Below are positions 10,161 through 22,961 of a stretch of DNA of 36,208 nt, in pieces. The DNA comes from Octopus bimaculoides. Lineage: Eukaryota. Positions within the stretch are counted from its first letter, which is position 1. Each line of letters opens with the position of its first letter. The DNA lies in NCBI RefSeq assembly GCF_001194135.2, contig NC_068981.1, positions 127,998,333-128,034,540 of the forward strand, written 5' to 3'. The translations under genes were made by a program, and so were the position numbers. The notes beneath the pieces were generated by a model. It saw only the letters and a list, made by a program, of their open reading frames with translations. It was not told the origin of the DNA and did no database searches.

Positions 10161-12790
10161 CTCTTCTATCTTTTAATTATTATAAATCGTCCACTGAGGA
10201 GGGAGCCAGTTTCCAACAAAGATACAGGGCTCCATCTTTGGGATGTGGTTAACACAGACAAAGTCATATTTGTAACTTGAGAAAGGTCTTGCATATTTTT
10301 ACTGTTCCATTCACAGATTGCACTTGTAATGTACGAATCAGCCGGTCGATTTCTCTTTCTGCAAATCCCAGTTCATCCAGATTGTCCCTTAAGCATTTAC
10401 TAACAAAACCTAGTGCTTCAGTTATTATTGGTATGAATATGAATTCATAGTCTGGATATAGAAGCTGGAGGTTTCGAGGCAGTTGTCCATAGATATCCTC
10501 TTTTTCTTTGATTTTCAAAGAGATATTTATATCTGCAGGGCAGCTAACCTCTATGATGGTGCATACCTTTGCCCATCTGTCCCAAACAACAATATCCGGA
10601 CTGTTATGTTTACATTTGACAGAAGTTTTGATGGGAATATTTCATCAGTATTCCCTGAGTTGGTTTTTATGAGTGTATTCCATAACGAGATTTTCTAAGT
10701 TTATTTCAGGACAGTCTTTTTTGCGAATGGCATTGTAAATTGTTTTAGCAACAACATCGCGCCGCATAGGGAGGTATTACCGTGACAATATTTTAAAAGC
10801 TGCTAATCACATGCGTGATGCCTACACATGCGGTTGCACCTTGAGATTACAAGAGTGTCACTGTCTCTCTTGTTCAACAGGTGCTTTGTGGCAATCTCCT
10901 GTTCCTCGATTGCAAACGCATAGCCTTCAAAATGTAATGTGATGTAATGGTCTTGTGTCGAAGAGAGGCTGCTCTTCGTGTCAATTCTGCTGTCCCCTTC
11001 AAGCTTCCGGGCAACATACCCATGTATAGTCTTTTTTTTTGTATGCTGAGTGATTTCCATCCAGGAGTTCTATGAGGTAAGAGAGCCCAGCTGTTTTAGG
11101 GCTGTATAGATCATCAGGAAAAGAGTGCTTCTTGAGGAGCTCACTGTCAACTCGTACACTGCATTAATATATTTATTTTTGCTGCTGTTGTTCAGCAGGT
11201 GCTGCCTGAGTGATAACATACGGCATACGAAGGCCGTCTACACTGATTTCAGGCCTCTACCGCCTTCATCTCTTCTTAGGTAGAACCTGTCAACATTATT
11301 GTTTCTGTGGAAGTTCCCAGTTGTTGTCAGGATTTTGTGGATTTTGATATCTATGGAGTGGATTTCTTCTACAGACCAATCAACTATTCTAAATGATACT
11401 GCAAATGCATTGTGGGATATTGTTTTGTTGTAAAAGGAGAGTTCCGGCTGCCATATTTTCCTAAGTCTAGTGTCATATTCTCGGATCACTCTATCTTTAT
11501 TCACAGTGCCTTCATATGATACATTTTCATCTATGCCTAAGTACTTGTAACATTCTTTGTATGGAATGGGGGAGATAGAGATACCGTTGATGCGCAGGTT
11601 TTGGGTTTGGGGGACTGACTTTCCTCGTTCTATAACCAAATACGAACATTTTTTTTTGCCAAATTCCATGCCTATATCAGCTGAAAATGTTGTTATTACT
11701 ACCAGTTGTTTTTTTTTTGTTTTTTTGGCATTGTTAACACTTTAGCATAAATCTTGAGGTCGTCTGCAAAGAAATTATGAGTTACATTGATATTTCTAGC
11801 AGTTGAAGATCCTAACATGTAACCATTTGTTTTCTGCCGTAGGAACCATAATGGGTTCAGTGCCAAAATGAAAAGAAGCACAGAAAGATTATCTCCCTGG
11901 AATACTCCCTTTGAAATGCCTATAGTATCTGAAACAATTATTCTGTTCTCAGCTGGAAGGATGAGAATTGTTGTCCATGTCTTTGTAAGTCTCTCTATAG
12001 CAGCCACGAATGAGGGATAGAGTTGAATGCCTTCTTATAGTCATACTGTCACAGTGTTTTTACGCTGTTTTCTTACTTCAGACAGTACAGCTTTGTTTAT
12101 TAAAAGTTGTTCGGCACATCCCCACACTCCCTTCTTTCCACCAGCCTGTTCATCAGTCACAATGTTGTTCGACTCACAATGGTCTTGGAACAATCGGTTG
12201 AGGCAACATGTGTACAGTTTGTACTTAATGTTTAGGCAAGCAATGGGCCTGTAGTTTCCTGCCATCTCGGTGATTTCATTTTTGGCAACAAGATTTGTCC
12301 TTGCTGTAGTAAGCCAATTCGGTATATCAATCTGACCTTCCAAAGTCCTTTTGAACATACATATCAACTGGTTTCTATAAAATGTCAGCTTCTTGTACCA
12401 ATATCCAACTATTAGATCGCTTCCAGGTGCTTTCTATTCTACAGTTTGCCTACTGCTATAGCGAAGGTTTCTGCATCAATTTTGTATGTTTTACTGTTAG
12501 TGTTGGTATATTATTCTCTCTCAATTGTATTTAACGATGATTCATTCAGGTTTAAATCCCCAGAATGATTGTAGATCTTCTTGGGAGGGAGCTTTCTTAA
12601 TGGTAATGTTTTCCTTCCTCATCTCTCTGTATAATGCTTGTGGGTTGGAAGCAAACTTGCAATTGATACTGACTCATTCAAAAATTCGCATGCGATAGCA
12701 GAGTTTCTCGCACATCGTCCGGAGTTCATGTTTTAAAGTGATTAGCTTTCCCTCAAGAGTTCCATGTGAAGAGTTGCCATAAAGTTTCGT
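10161..12790 (-). mobile_element. Large decayed R4/Dong-like LINE (lineage B): RT, remnant CCHC, REL endonuclease
   Basis: The RT motifs are APGSDLIVGYWYKKL, NYRPIACLN, EQAGGKKG..GCAEQLLI, GVFQGDNLSVLLFILALNPL, FFADDLKIYA, YKYLGI and DRFYLRRDEGGRGL. They are followed by YLPMRRDVVAK, PDIVVW..IIEVSCPAD and a stop at 10264. There are many frameshifts. The 3' UTR runs into the (CATA)n tail, and the 5' limit is approximate. Confidence 0.92.
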
Positions 12791-13134
12791 TAATTTTTGT
12801 CCAAGGTAGAGTTGGTGAGGTGTAAACTCATTTTTCTCCTCCTCACCACCACCACCACCACCACTACCATATTCTTCATTATAACCACCACTGTCACCAA
12901 CATTGTTACCACCCCGTCCCCACCGATGCAGACAGTCAAGTCGGGCCCTTTAGTATAATATGAATAAAAATATTACAGTATCAAGTATCACATTAGATGC
13001 GGAAAATGAATTTCATTGGTGTTTATTAGACAACTCGCTGTTACACACACACACACACACACACACACAACAACAACAACAACAACAACAAACAAACACA
13101 CACACAATTATAACGATCACCAGCCAGCGTGGAA

Positions 13135-13390
13135 GCAATTATGTGGTCGTTCAGCCTGCTAGAAGCAGTAATCGAATCTCCCACAAATCACATCCTATCA
13201 CCGTAAAGAAGAAAATATTCGACATTATGATCCTATCTTCCTTACGCATAAAAAAAAAAAGACATGAGAAAAAAAAAAAGACATGAGAAAAAAAAAAAGA
13301 CATGAGAAAAAAAAAAGACATGGCAATTACGGTTGAAAAGTCTTTGATTATGGATCTGTACGCAAAGATGATTTGAGGTTAAACAACTAC
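13135..13390 (+). mobile_element. Family T retroposon copy with an internal tandem GACATGAG(A)n amplification
   Basis: ATGTGGTCGTTC..CTGCTAGAA at about 13140 matches about 31137. It ends TTGAGGTTAAACAACTACA like 31350-31370. Three GACATGAG(A)n units lie at 13260-13320. Confidence 0.5.
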
Positions 13391-13739
13391 AAATTCTAGC
13401 ATTTATAATATAGAATTATTGTTTTAAACAATAAAAGATCTCTTGGTAAATACCATTCCTGGCACAAGGCCCCAAGATGTTGGAGACAATACCGAGGCAA
13501 AATACTAGAGAAAGCAACAAGCAACAGTTTGGAATTTAGATCCAATAACACTAAAGACATATTAATGAACAGATATTAATAATTAGCAGTAACAATAAAA
13601 AACAAAAATATGAACAAGAAGAGGACCCAAAAATTTAGGAAAAATTACATATGAGATTCGGGGCACCGCACACACAACCCTAGCTTAATCTGACAAAAAC
13701 CCCAGAGGCAAAGTGTCTTCTTGTTGCCAACCTATAGCT

Positions 13740-15090
13740 GCAGATCAAATTTCGGTCAATTTAACTAAGCTTAATTTCGCTACTCTCGCCCAGATGTTAT
13801 AAGCTTACAGAAGAGTAACCTCTCCTTCTCTACCTCCACCTTCGTTCTGAAGTGATAGCTGAAACTGACAAGGGCGTCTTGAGAGGAAAAGCTTTATTTC
13901 CAAACCTTTCAGTCACATCTGCGATGCAACTTACCTTGCCATAACCATCAGCTAGACGACCCACTCTTTCTAACTAAAAGAAAGTGAATGGTCTATTTTC
14001 ACAGTACTCTTGCACAATACTCAGATTTCTGCCATACGTAATATCAGCTTTTCGGCATAAATCTGCAACTCAGCAATGTACTCATACTGGACAAGTGCGT
14101 GCCGAGCGGTCATATCCTCTACTAATCCTCTCTAGAATGCCAGAGTTGACTTTCCACCGACAACATGGTCCAGCTGGTAGGGTGCAGCGAGCACCCAGCA
14201 AAATTTCAGTTGCCAAAAACTGAACCTCAGTCTGCGCTTGACTCGAGATTACAAGCTTGTCAAAAAGACAAGCTGCAAAAAAGCGTGTCGCATGAACGTT
14301 TACAAACCTGTTCACTAGCGTTGTACTCTAGGAATCTCTGCAGAAAATTGAACCGTAGCCTGTGCCTGTGTCATCAACCACACTATTCTGATACCTCATG
14401 TAGTGAGCAATCAATAAATCTCCTAATCAGCTGAGTCTGTCCCTTCCATAAGAAAGGAAAGAGCGCACGCCCTAATATAGTTAGATGTTTTCTGGTACAA
14501 GACACGGCGGTCAGACAGTAGTAAGTTACTGAAGGATATAGACGCCACTACTTTCGCCTGACCTTTCAGGCACAACCTCCTCTCAGTCAATTTCCAAGTG
14601 AAACTGACCACCATGCACACCAGCTCTTCGCACTTTTTAACCACCTGGAAGACTAGTCTGAACAAGATCCTAATCACCTTAACTGGACTTTTGATCCAGC
14701 GATAAAAGCCGCTGTCCCACATGAACTTTCGTTTATTAATGATGCAGTGCATTTTCCCGCAATCTTATGGTATTCCTCCACAATAGTGCTGATCTCCTCG
14801 AATTAGAATGTGTCCAACACCAGAAGGGCGCCATCGTTCCGCATATGTAGACACAGCTGGCATGTGTTCCAGTTCGCACGAGATGCCCTTTAATGTCTCC
14901 AACATTTGTATCAGAGGTTCAAGTACTAAGACATACAAAAGAGATGAGAAAGGTTATCCTTGATGAACCAAAAGTACGAAACGAAACGAATCCGACAGGC
15001 TGTTATTTACTTTGGCTACCGAACAGATGTCGCTGCACGATGTAGCGATCCTGCTTTATATGGCAGGGCCTGAACCGGCTCTCCAGATGA
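13740..15090 (-). mobile_element. Heavily decayed L1/Tx1-clade LINE (RT domains 4-7 through the C-terminal Cys/His region)
   Basis: The minus strand gives VHQG*PFSSLLYVLVLEPL (QGCPLSPLLY motif), a frameshifted YADD (TATGCGGAACGAT), SPVK..TERRLCLKGQAKV (LSLKGR thumb motif) and HALVQ (zinc-binding remnant). Multiple stops and indels. Confidence 0.72.
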
Positions 15091-15336
15091 ATTATAGCCT
15101 TTCTTCAATAGACTGCCTAAATGTATTATCGACTATTGATTATAGAATTACCATAAGTATACAATATAGACTGTGGAATTACTATATTCATTATAGATTA
15201 TAAACTTATAGACCATAGCTATATCTGGGTTTATCAATACCTAAAATACGCCATTGCTGACGGGAATGTTGATTCAGTAAAAATTGTTTTAGTTGAGCAA
15301 TTCAACAGATGAGTTGAGTTTCATTAAAATGCACAG

Positions 15337-15401
<65 letters not shown>

Positions 15402-15754
15402 GTAAAAACAAATATAGAACCTAAAATTAAATCTTTCTCTCACAATTTAAAAAAAATTTCGAAGAAAATGTTTTTTTATTCCCCCAAATACTGTACTAAT
15501 TAACATTATTGCTTTAAATTAATATCTTATCCTATTAAGTAATTTTCTTAAAACGTATTACAATGCTCGTGGATATTCTTAGTTTAGGTTGCTTTCTGTT
15601 AGTAGCTAAACAATAAAGTAAAATATCAAATTTCAGCAACAGCCAGTACAGCCCGTAATATTTTCCTTGCAACGGTGTGCCTCCATGCAAGATTTCAGTT
15701 ACTTATAAGAACAAAACTGTAGTCTACACTTTGGAACATTTACAGTCATATATT

Positions 15755-15955
15755 GGTTTCAAATTTTGGCACAAGACCAGCAAATCTGTAAGATGTGGTA
15801 AGTATTCAAAAGCCCAGTATTCAAAAGTACTTATTTTATCGACTCCAAATGGATGAAAGGCAAAGTCGACCTCGGCGGAATTTGAACTCAGAACGTGAAG
15901 ACGGACGTAAAAAGTATTTTCCCGGCGTGCTAATATTTCTGCCAACTCACCGCCT
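15755..15955 (-). mobile_element. tRNA-derived SINE (family S1)
   Basis: Near full-length, containing GGATGAAAGGCAAAGTCGACCTCGGCGGAATTTGAACTCAG. Confidence 0.8.
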
Positions 15956-15989
15956 AACCGTTCAATAAAGATAAAAGTAAAGTTACCTT

Positions 15990-16212
15990 TTCGTGTCATA
16001 CCGACTCATAAAGGCTGGTTTCCCGGCGTTTATATTCCCTACATGAACGGGACGCCGGTCCGTCGTAGGATTACTCATTTTTTGTCAGCTGAGTGAACTG
16101 GAGCAACAAGAAATAAAGTGTTTTGCTCAAGAACAGAACGCGTTGCCTGGTCCAAGAATCGAAACCAAAATCTTACGATCATGAGTTCAACACCCTAACC
16201 ACGAAACCACAT
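15990..16212 (-). mobile_element. tRNA-derived CORE-like SINE (family S2)
   Basis: It shares AGCTGAGTGAACTGGAGCAAC..AAATAAAGTG..TTGCTCAAGA and a tRNA-like head (GTGGTTAGGGTG..TTCGATTC on -) with 24481-24820. Confidence 0.72.
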
Positions 16213-16279
16213 TTTACCCGGCGTGCTAACGATTCTGCCGACTCACCACCTTACCATTCATAGTGATATATTGATTACG

Positions 16280-16420
16280 AATTTTGCCAGAAGACCAGCA
16301 ATTTCGGGGAGGAGTCAAGTCGATTACATCGACCCCCAGTACTCAACTAATACTTATCTTATCGACCCCGAAAGGATTAAAGGCGAAGTCGCCCTCGGCG
16401 GAATTTAAATTCAGAACGCG
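16280..16420 (-). mobile_element. Family S1 SINE fragment
   Basis: GTCGATTACATCGACCCCCAGTACTCAACT..ATCGACCCCGAAAGGATTAAAGGC. A separate head fragment lies at 16212-16252. Confidence 0.72.
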
Positions 16421-16879
16421 AGTTCATAGTCCTATATTAACAAATAAACTATAAACTCACTAGATGTATTATTGACTATAAAATCACCAGTTTTATATAC
16501 TATAGATTACATTCTACAGAGTTATCAGTTTTATTATGTCCGTTAAGTCAGTCTTCCTTTGTAATTTATGAGGTAGTTGATGTTCTCCCCCCTTTTTTTT
16601 TTGTTTCATCAAACGAATGAAGTAAATTCTTAACTAGATTAGATTGCAACTAACTGTTCTCCGAGAAGGAACTGATCTAGAAACTATAAGTTAACATATT
16701 GCTCGTCGATTGTACAACGCCGCAACTGCTCACAGTGGTAAGCTATAATCATTCCGTTCAGCATTCTTAGAGGTAGGTGTCACACCGGACGTTTTCTTTA
16801 TTGGCTGTAGCGATTGATGATGATGATAATGATAATGAAGAATAAAAAGAAGGAAGAAGAAGAAGAAAAAAAGGAGGAG

Positions 16880-16980
16880 GAGGTGTTGGAAGAAGGGATG
16901 GTCGTGACTGGAAATCCTTTGATCATAGGTCTTCTCAGTTTGCAATGGCCTGTGATTAAAACAACAAGACCACTGTGCAA
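16880..16980 (+). mobile_element. Family T retroposon 3' fragment
   Basis: GGGATGGTCG..CCTTTGATCATAGGTC..AAAACAACAA resembles 31279-31370. Confidence 0.42.
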
Positions 16981-17659
16981 TGTGTTACGAAGCGTTTCTA
17001 CAACGGAAGCTATTGGTAGCAGGTTTCTTTCTTTAATATATTTCTCTTATGTCTCTTTAATTCTTATCCTCCAGAACACTAGTAACGTAAGTGGAATGAA
17101 ATGGCTGGAGCAGGAAATCGTGACTGGATTGCAGATACAACATTCTGAAAGCATAAATATATTTTATTATACACGGTTTCGTGCCTTCTTATTGGATAGT
17201 ATATGATGTGAAATGATCGTATAATATATATATGTATGTATGTATATATGTATGTATGTATTTGTGTATGTATGTATGTATGTATGTATGTATGTATGTA
17301 TGTATGTATGTATTTGTGTATACATATATACATTACATACACACACACCCACAGACGCACACACACATACATATAAAACTTACTTGGAAGAAGATGCGTG
17401 GCGTTCAATCATATAATAATATAAATAATCTATAATATAAATTGTCTATAATATAAATCTGACATGGGCGAATGTTGTATTCTTTCTTGTCTTGAGGTTT
17501 ACAGCCAAACGGCTGGGTGGATTCGCGTGAAAAATGGCACACATGTGGAGACTGGTGCATAGATTGGAAATCGATTAAAACAACCTGTGTGCATGCGCGC
17601 GCGCGCGTGTGTGTCAGTGTGCGTGAATATCAAGTCTCAGTCTATTTCCGATATTATTA

Positions 17660-17985
17660 ACAATGAGGAGGGGTACTTGCCTTTTATTTCAAAAGGGTTT
17701 ATCTCATCTAAGGGTGATAAGTCCACATTATGACCCATTACTATTTTGAGGGACACAGGCGCACTCCAGTCTCTAGTGATGGAAGGTACTCTTCCTTTCT
17801 CGGACGTGTCGTCTGCTAACTCTGATGTTTTATTAGAGGGTATTAGTGGAATTTCAAGTGCACCTCTTCATTTTGTTGATTTGCAGTCAGATTTTGTGCC
17901 TGCTTTGGTGAAAGTTGGTGTTAAGAAAACTCTCCCAGTTTCAGGTGTAGACTTGATTATTGGAAATGAAGTCATTCATACATGC
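17660..17985 (+). mobile_element. Gypsy LTR-retrotransposon aspartic protease fragment
   Basis: PITILRDTGALQSL (catalytic DTG)...LPVSGVDLIIGNE (retropepsin C-terminal D-L-I-(I/L)-G-x motif), preceded by YLPFISKGFIS. It ends abruptly at a (CATA)n tract, and no RT or integrase is nearby. Confidence 0.8.
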
Positions 17986-18193
17986 ATACATACATACATA
18001 ACCACTCTCACTCTCTGTGTGTGTCAATCACTCACTACAGAAACTGAATGAAAATATCAGTTATCTCTTTCTCTCTTTCTTTCTCTCTCTCTCATATACA
18101 CACACACCATCAACATTACTCTCTCTGTCTCTTCACACGCACTCACAAAAGCAATCCATATACACACCACATATTCTGTCTCGCACACCCCAT

Positions 18194-18242
<49 letters not shown>

Positions 18243-19656
18243 ACACACACACTCACACACGCACGCACGCACATCAATTCTTCCATCTCAAAAGAACTTC
18301 ACTCATACAACCGCGCTCTCTTTGTCTCTTTCGCTTTCACACCGACTTCAAAAGATCCCCTTTTTTTCCCCAACCACATATTAAAAAAATATTTTCACTT
18401 GTCCGGGCATTGCTATTACAGACAAATTCGCAACAATTTGACTCGAGAGATAAGCACAAACCACCTCGTGCTGACTGCAAAACTCCCGCCAAATTATCCG
18501 CAAAAACACACACACGCACGTCCATTTCATATATCTTCTTTCAATTTCTGCTCACTGATTAGACAAACGTCTAATACAATAGCTCTCAGTTACATTTTGT
18601 TCTCTAAAAAGGTACGTGCCCATTTTTTCTATAAGCGTATAACAATGACTTATTCCATACTTCTCCACTTAGCTTTTATCTTCACTTTTCTTAAATCGGA
18701 TATTCTGCTATAAGTTGCAGAACTTTGGCAGTACAGTTACAAATCGTTTCTGCTTTACTTCTTACATAGAATTTCCCCGTAAATTCTTACAGCTTCATTT
18801 TTTGGTGATGATCGAAATGTCAAACATTTTCTAACTGTTAAAGCAATTCTTAACGTCAACTTCTTAATGCGTCTTCTATTTTTTCTAGCCCCCATACTTA
18901 CCGAGAAAATTGATTAAAACTTTTTTCTAATGCAAATCCCCTCTTTGTCCCGCCATTAAAACAACCAGTTGCTCACACTGCAACAAGGTAACAACAGCCA
19001 AAACTTTCGCTATGCTGTCTCTCTTCTTTCACCTCTTTGTGTGGTTAATTATCTTCAAAGCAGTGCATGGATAGAATTAGTCGAACCCCTACCGAAAGCA
19101 CAGAATTAATTAAAAGAAGCGTCCACCTTGAACCGGTATTGTTATTTATATAACTTGAACCCGGTATCTCAAGCTAAATTAATACTCACAAGTCATACGT
19201 TCTATTCACTGTTTGCATAAATTAACTGTGCTTCATATGATCGATAGTTACTGATAGTTAGAGTGGGTCATTGTGTGCTAAAAAGCTTTGGTGAAGACTC
19301 TGTGCAAATATAGATGGTAGACCGACCGGTTAAGAGGCTAGATCTTCAATCGAAAAGCTGAACTGTTAAATATTCATTGACCAACAGTCTGATTAAAAGA
19401 AACTTCTATTTGGTGTGTAGGGCATGGTTCATGGCTCATACACAACGTCGAGTTGTTTATGTTTTTATAAATTCTACAATGGACTCTAGTTCTCCGTCAA
19501 CATATCACCTTCTATTAAACTCACTTATTCCATAAATTTCAACACCTCCTACCTCAACTGTATTCAATCTTACTATGACATGATACGTTCACATAAAGCG
19601 CTGCTGACTCAGTCCTTTCTCTAGAACTTTTGAACCCAAATAATAATTATTTCTCA

Positions 19657-19860
19657 CAAATTTTGGTACAAGGCCAGGAACATTAATGGGGAGAGGGAAA
19701 CCGATTGCATCGATGCGGGCGCTCAGCCGGTAGTTATTTTATCGATCTGGAAAGAATATAAGGCCAAGTCGACCTCATCAGCACTTGATCTCGGGAGTAA
19801 AAAACGGAGAAAATACTGCTAGGCAATTTGTCCGGCGGTAACAGTTCTGCAAGCTCACCC
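19657..19860 (-). mobile_element. Family S1 SINE with a flanking direct repeat (TSD)
   Basis: Diverged S1 homology. ACCCAAATAATAATTA occurs at 19634-19649 and at 19857-19872. Confidence 0.68.
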
Positions 19861-20530
19861 AAATAATAATTAAAAAGTAAACAACTACAACAATATTTAC
19901 ATCCAGTTATTCATGTTCCAGAATCTAGATAGGTTTAAATAAATTACTTGTACTGTAATTCTTTTTTGAACTAAATAATAAAGAATAGAACACACTGGAT
20001 GTTTTGTTCATATACGTAAAACTGTATGCAGTATAATACCTGTGTGCTATATCATATACTTGAATGTGTATATGTCAGTTTAAACTGGGGGGAAACAATG
20101 TGAACGAAGTCTGTGCAGAAGCCCATGGGTTCAACTGTATAAGTGATTACAAGGTCCATCTTTGTTACATTGTGATATATTATAAAGATTGCTTGAAAAT
20201 TACGTCAAGGACAGAAATTTCTGGGAAATACCCATACACTTAGACTATACTTCAATGAGTAACTCTTTTGATCGTGCAACTAGAATGTTTATTTGTCGGA
20301 ATCAACGCAGGAGTCCATCATGTATGTATGTATGTATGTATGTATGTATGTATGTATATGTGTGTGTTTGTGTGTGTGGGTGTGGGTGTATATGCCTACA
20401 TGCATGTAAATGTGTCTCCATGCATGTGCTTATGTATCTGCATGTGTGTATTATGTATGCATGTTTGTATGTATATAACATTTAGGTTCCTTGGTATGTA
20501 CCCTTGTACGCTTGTACGTATATGTATGTG

Positions 20531-20601
<71 letters not shown>

Positions 20602-21274
20602 TTTTATCAGCTGCTTAATGGCAAGGTTGTAAAGGAGAGATATGAAATAAAAAGGTGTCTTGTATTCTCCAGCCTTTGCACATCCATTCACCATTTAGAT
20701 ATTAAGCTTTATTGTTCTAGATATGACAACAGCATGTAGCCTTTGAATCATGGATCCATGTTGCCTCTCTCCAATAATCTTAATCCAGCCATACCTTGAT
20801 CCCGGTAGGTTTGTACACATCTTGTCGTTTCAATAATAAAGAGCATAAACTGAAAGTGTATTTTTGATACTGGATAAACAAACTCCACTCCAAAGGCTCA
20901 TAAATGCCTTCTTTCTCCTGTTTGTTTTTACTATACTGATATGAAGTGAGCAGCTGACACCTTGAACAGACCATATTTTCAACCCCTAATGGAGTATTTA
21001 TCTCAATGTACAATAGACATGATTAGTCATACAATAATAAATATAGCAGGAACTAGTAACATTATTACTGTTGGTTAGGAATTATAACTAGTATATCTGA
21101 TCTGATGATAGTCTCTCGTAGTCCGGGAAAGACGGTTTTGTAATTTCTTGCTGAACAACCAGCACGAATGATTTGTTTATAATAATTGAATGCTTGTGCT
21201 GAATATTAGCTCTCTCTGTTAAATCCACGCTGCTTGAACAGGTGCACAGTGCACTACGTTTCAGGTATCGAAGA

Positions 21275-21392
21275 GATTGCAGAGCAAGGTGAGATGAAGT
21301 GTTTTGCTCAAGAACACAGCGCACCACACGGTCCAAGAACTGGTACCATTATCTCGCAATCGCGAGTGCAATGATAATTAGGCCATGCGTCC
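21275..21392 (-). mobile_element. Family S2 SINE 5' fragment
   Basis: GAGCAAGGTGAGATGAAGTGTTTTGCTCAAGAACAC matches the S2 core. Confidence 0.55.
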
Positions 21393-21396
21393 TCAA

Positions 21397-21729
21397 CTAT
21401 AATAAAAACAACATTACCAATACAAAATACTTTACAAAATACTTGTGTTGTTTAAACATCAGAAGCTGCGGGTTTTCGTCCGGAAAAATTCCTTTAAAGA
21501 CATATAGTATTAAAAAAATACTGTATATCTCAATACTTCAAAGCAAGGCAAAATGTAATCGGCCAAGAAGTGATCATGATTTCATTTCGCCGAGCTCTAA
21601 AATAAATTGTATTTTTTAACACTATACCTCTTTAAACAGATTTTCCCGGACGAAAAACCGCAGTTTCTGGCGTTTAAACAGTGCATATAGATTAAAGTAT
21701 CTTTTCTTCATAATTTTTTTTTATTATAG
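21397..21729. mobile_element. Foldback / MITE-like element with long imperfect inverted arms
   Basis: TGTTTAAACATCAGAAGCTGCGGGTTTTCGTCCGGAAAA.. (from 21449) is the reverse complement of ..TTTTCCCGGACGAAAAACCGCAGTTTCTGGCGTTTAAACA (to 21680), about 70 bp of good match. A weaker extension reaches CTATAATAAAAA / TTTTTATTATAG. Confidence 0.75.
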
Positions 21730-22324
21730 AGCTGCTTCTATTGCATAATTCGAATATATATTATAATAGCTTTTATTAATGTATTAATTATCTACAGCAA
21801 AGGTGGCTACATATTTAATTTGTATTTCATGTGACAGGTATTTTACGCACGAGTTCTGAAGCGCTGTATCACATCCCCTTTAATTTATGTATAAAATATG
21901 TTGATATAGACATATTTAGCATTTTTACAGATATAATAATTTAATACAAAAGACACAAAACAAGCAATGTAAACATGATTTACTTTAATGAGACATTTGG
22001 GTCTTGATTTTACAAAATTTTTAATGTTTGGTTTTTGAATTAGTTACTGGGAAAAGAAAATTCTTCAAACTCAAACCATTCAAACGTGACTTCATTTTAG
22101 TTTCTTTTTTTTACCAATTTTATGGATAGTTTGTTCACATCTGCACATCGTTCTGAAACGACTGATGTAGCTCTGTGTAAATTTTGTTAGTTCTGAAAAA
22201 TTTGCAATTAATCTTGTCAAAAACATTCGGAGCTGAGGGAAGCCTTCTCAAATTACATTTTCAATATTGACTTAAAAACAAAAGTTTTTAAGTCAATAAG
22301 TTCCGCTTGTATGCTACTAAGCAT

Positions 22325-22465
<141 letters not shown>

Positions 22466-22961
22466 CGGACACACACTTATTTTTTTTTGCTTCTCACAGC
22501 AAAAACGTTTTAAATGGATACAAAATTTAAGTACGCAATCATCAGCAAAAATCACGAAAACAGCTTTCGACTGTTTCAACATTTTTTGTTAAACTGTCAC
22601 AATCGTCAGCATATTCTCTCTCTACTCTTTTAAGCGTAGAAACTGAGATAGGAGCATCTTTAATTTAACCTTAAATTCTATGGTATCTAGCTTAAGAAAG
22701 CAAGGAAACGATTTATTACTACTACTTTGTTACATCAAATAAAAATGCCGAATCAAATCGCTAATTATCATAACATAAATGAACTCATTTTAGAAAATGA
22801 TGAACATTATTTTTCTATTTCCGAAATCTAATTAGAACCTGTCTTTGGAAGATACTTGCCAATGGAAAACAATATTTTCATATTCTAAACCTTGCATTTC
22901 GCAATATTCCTTGAATTCTCATCCGTTTAATGCACTTTTAATCGCGTATTATATGTTAAAA

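Noticed and set aside
19050-19230. Weak inverted and direct repeats (AAGCACAG..TTAATT / AATTAACTGTGCTT; TTGAACC(C)GGTAT twice)
   Set aside because: Too short and degenerate to define termini or a TSD.
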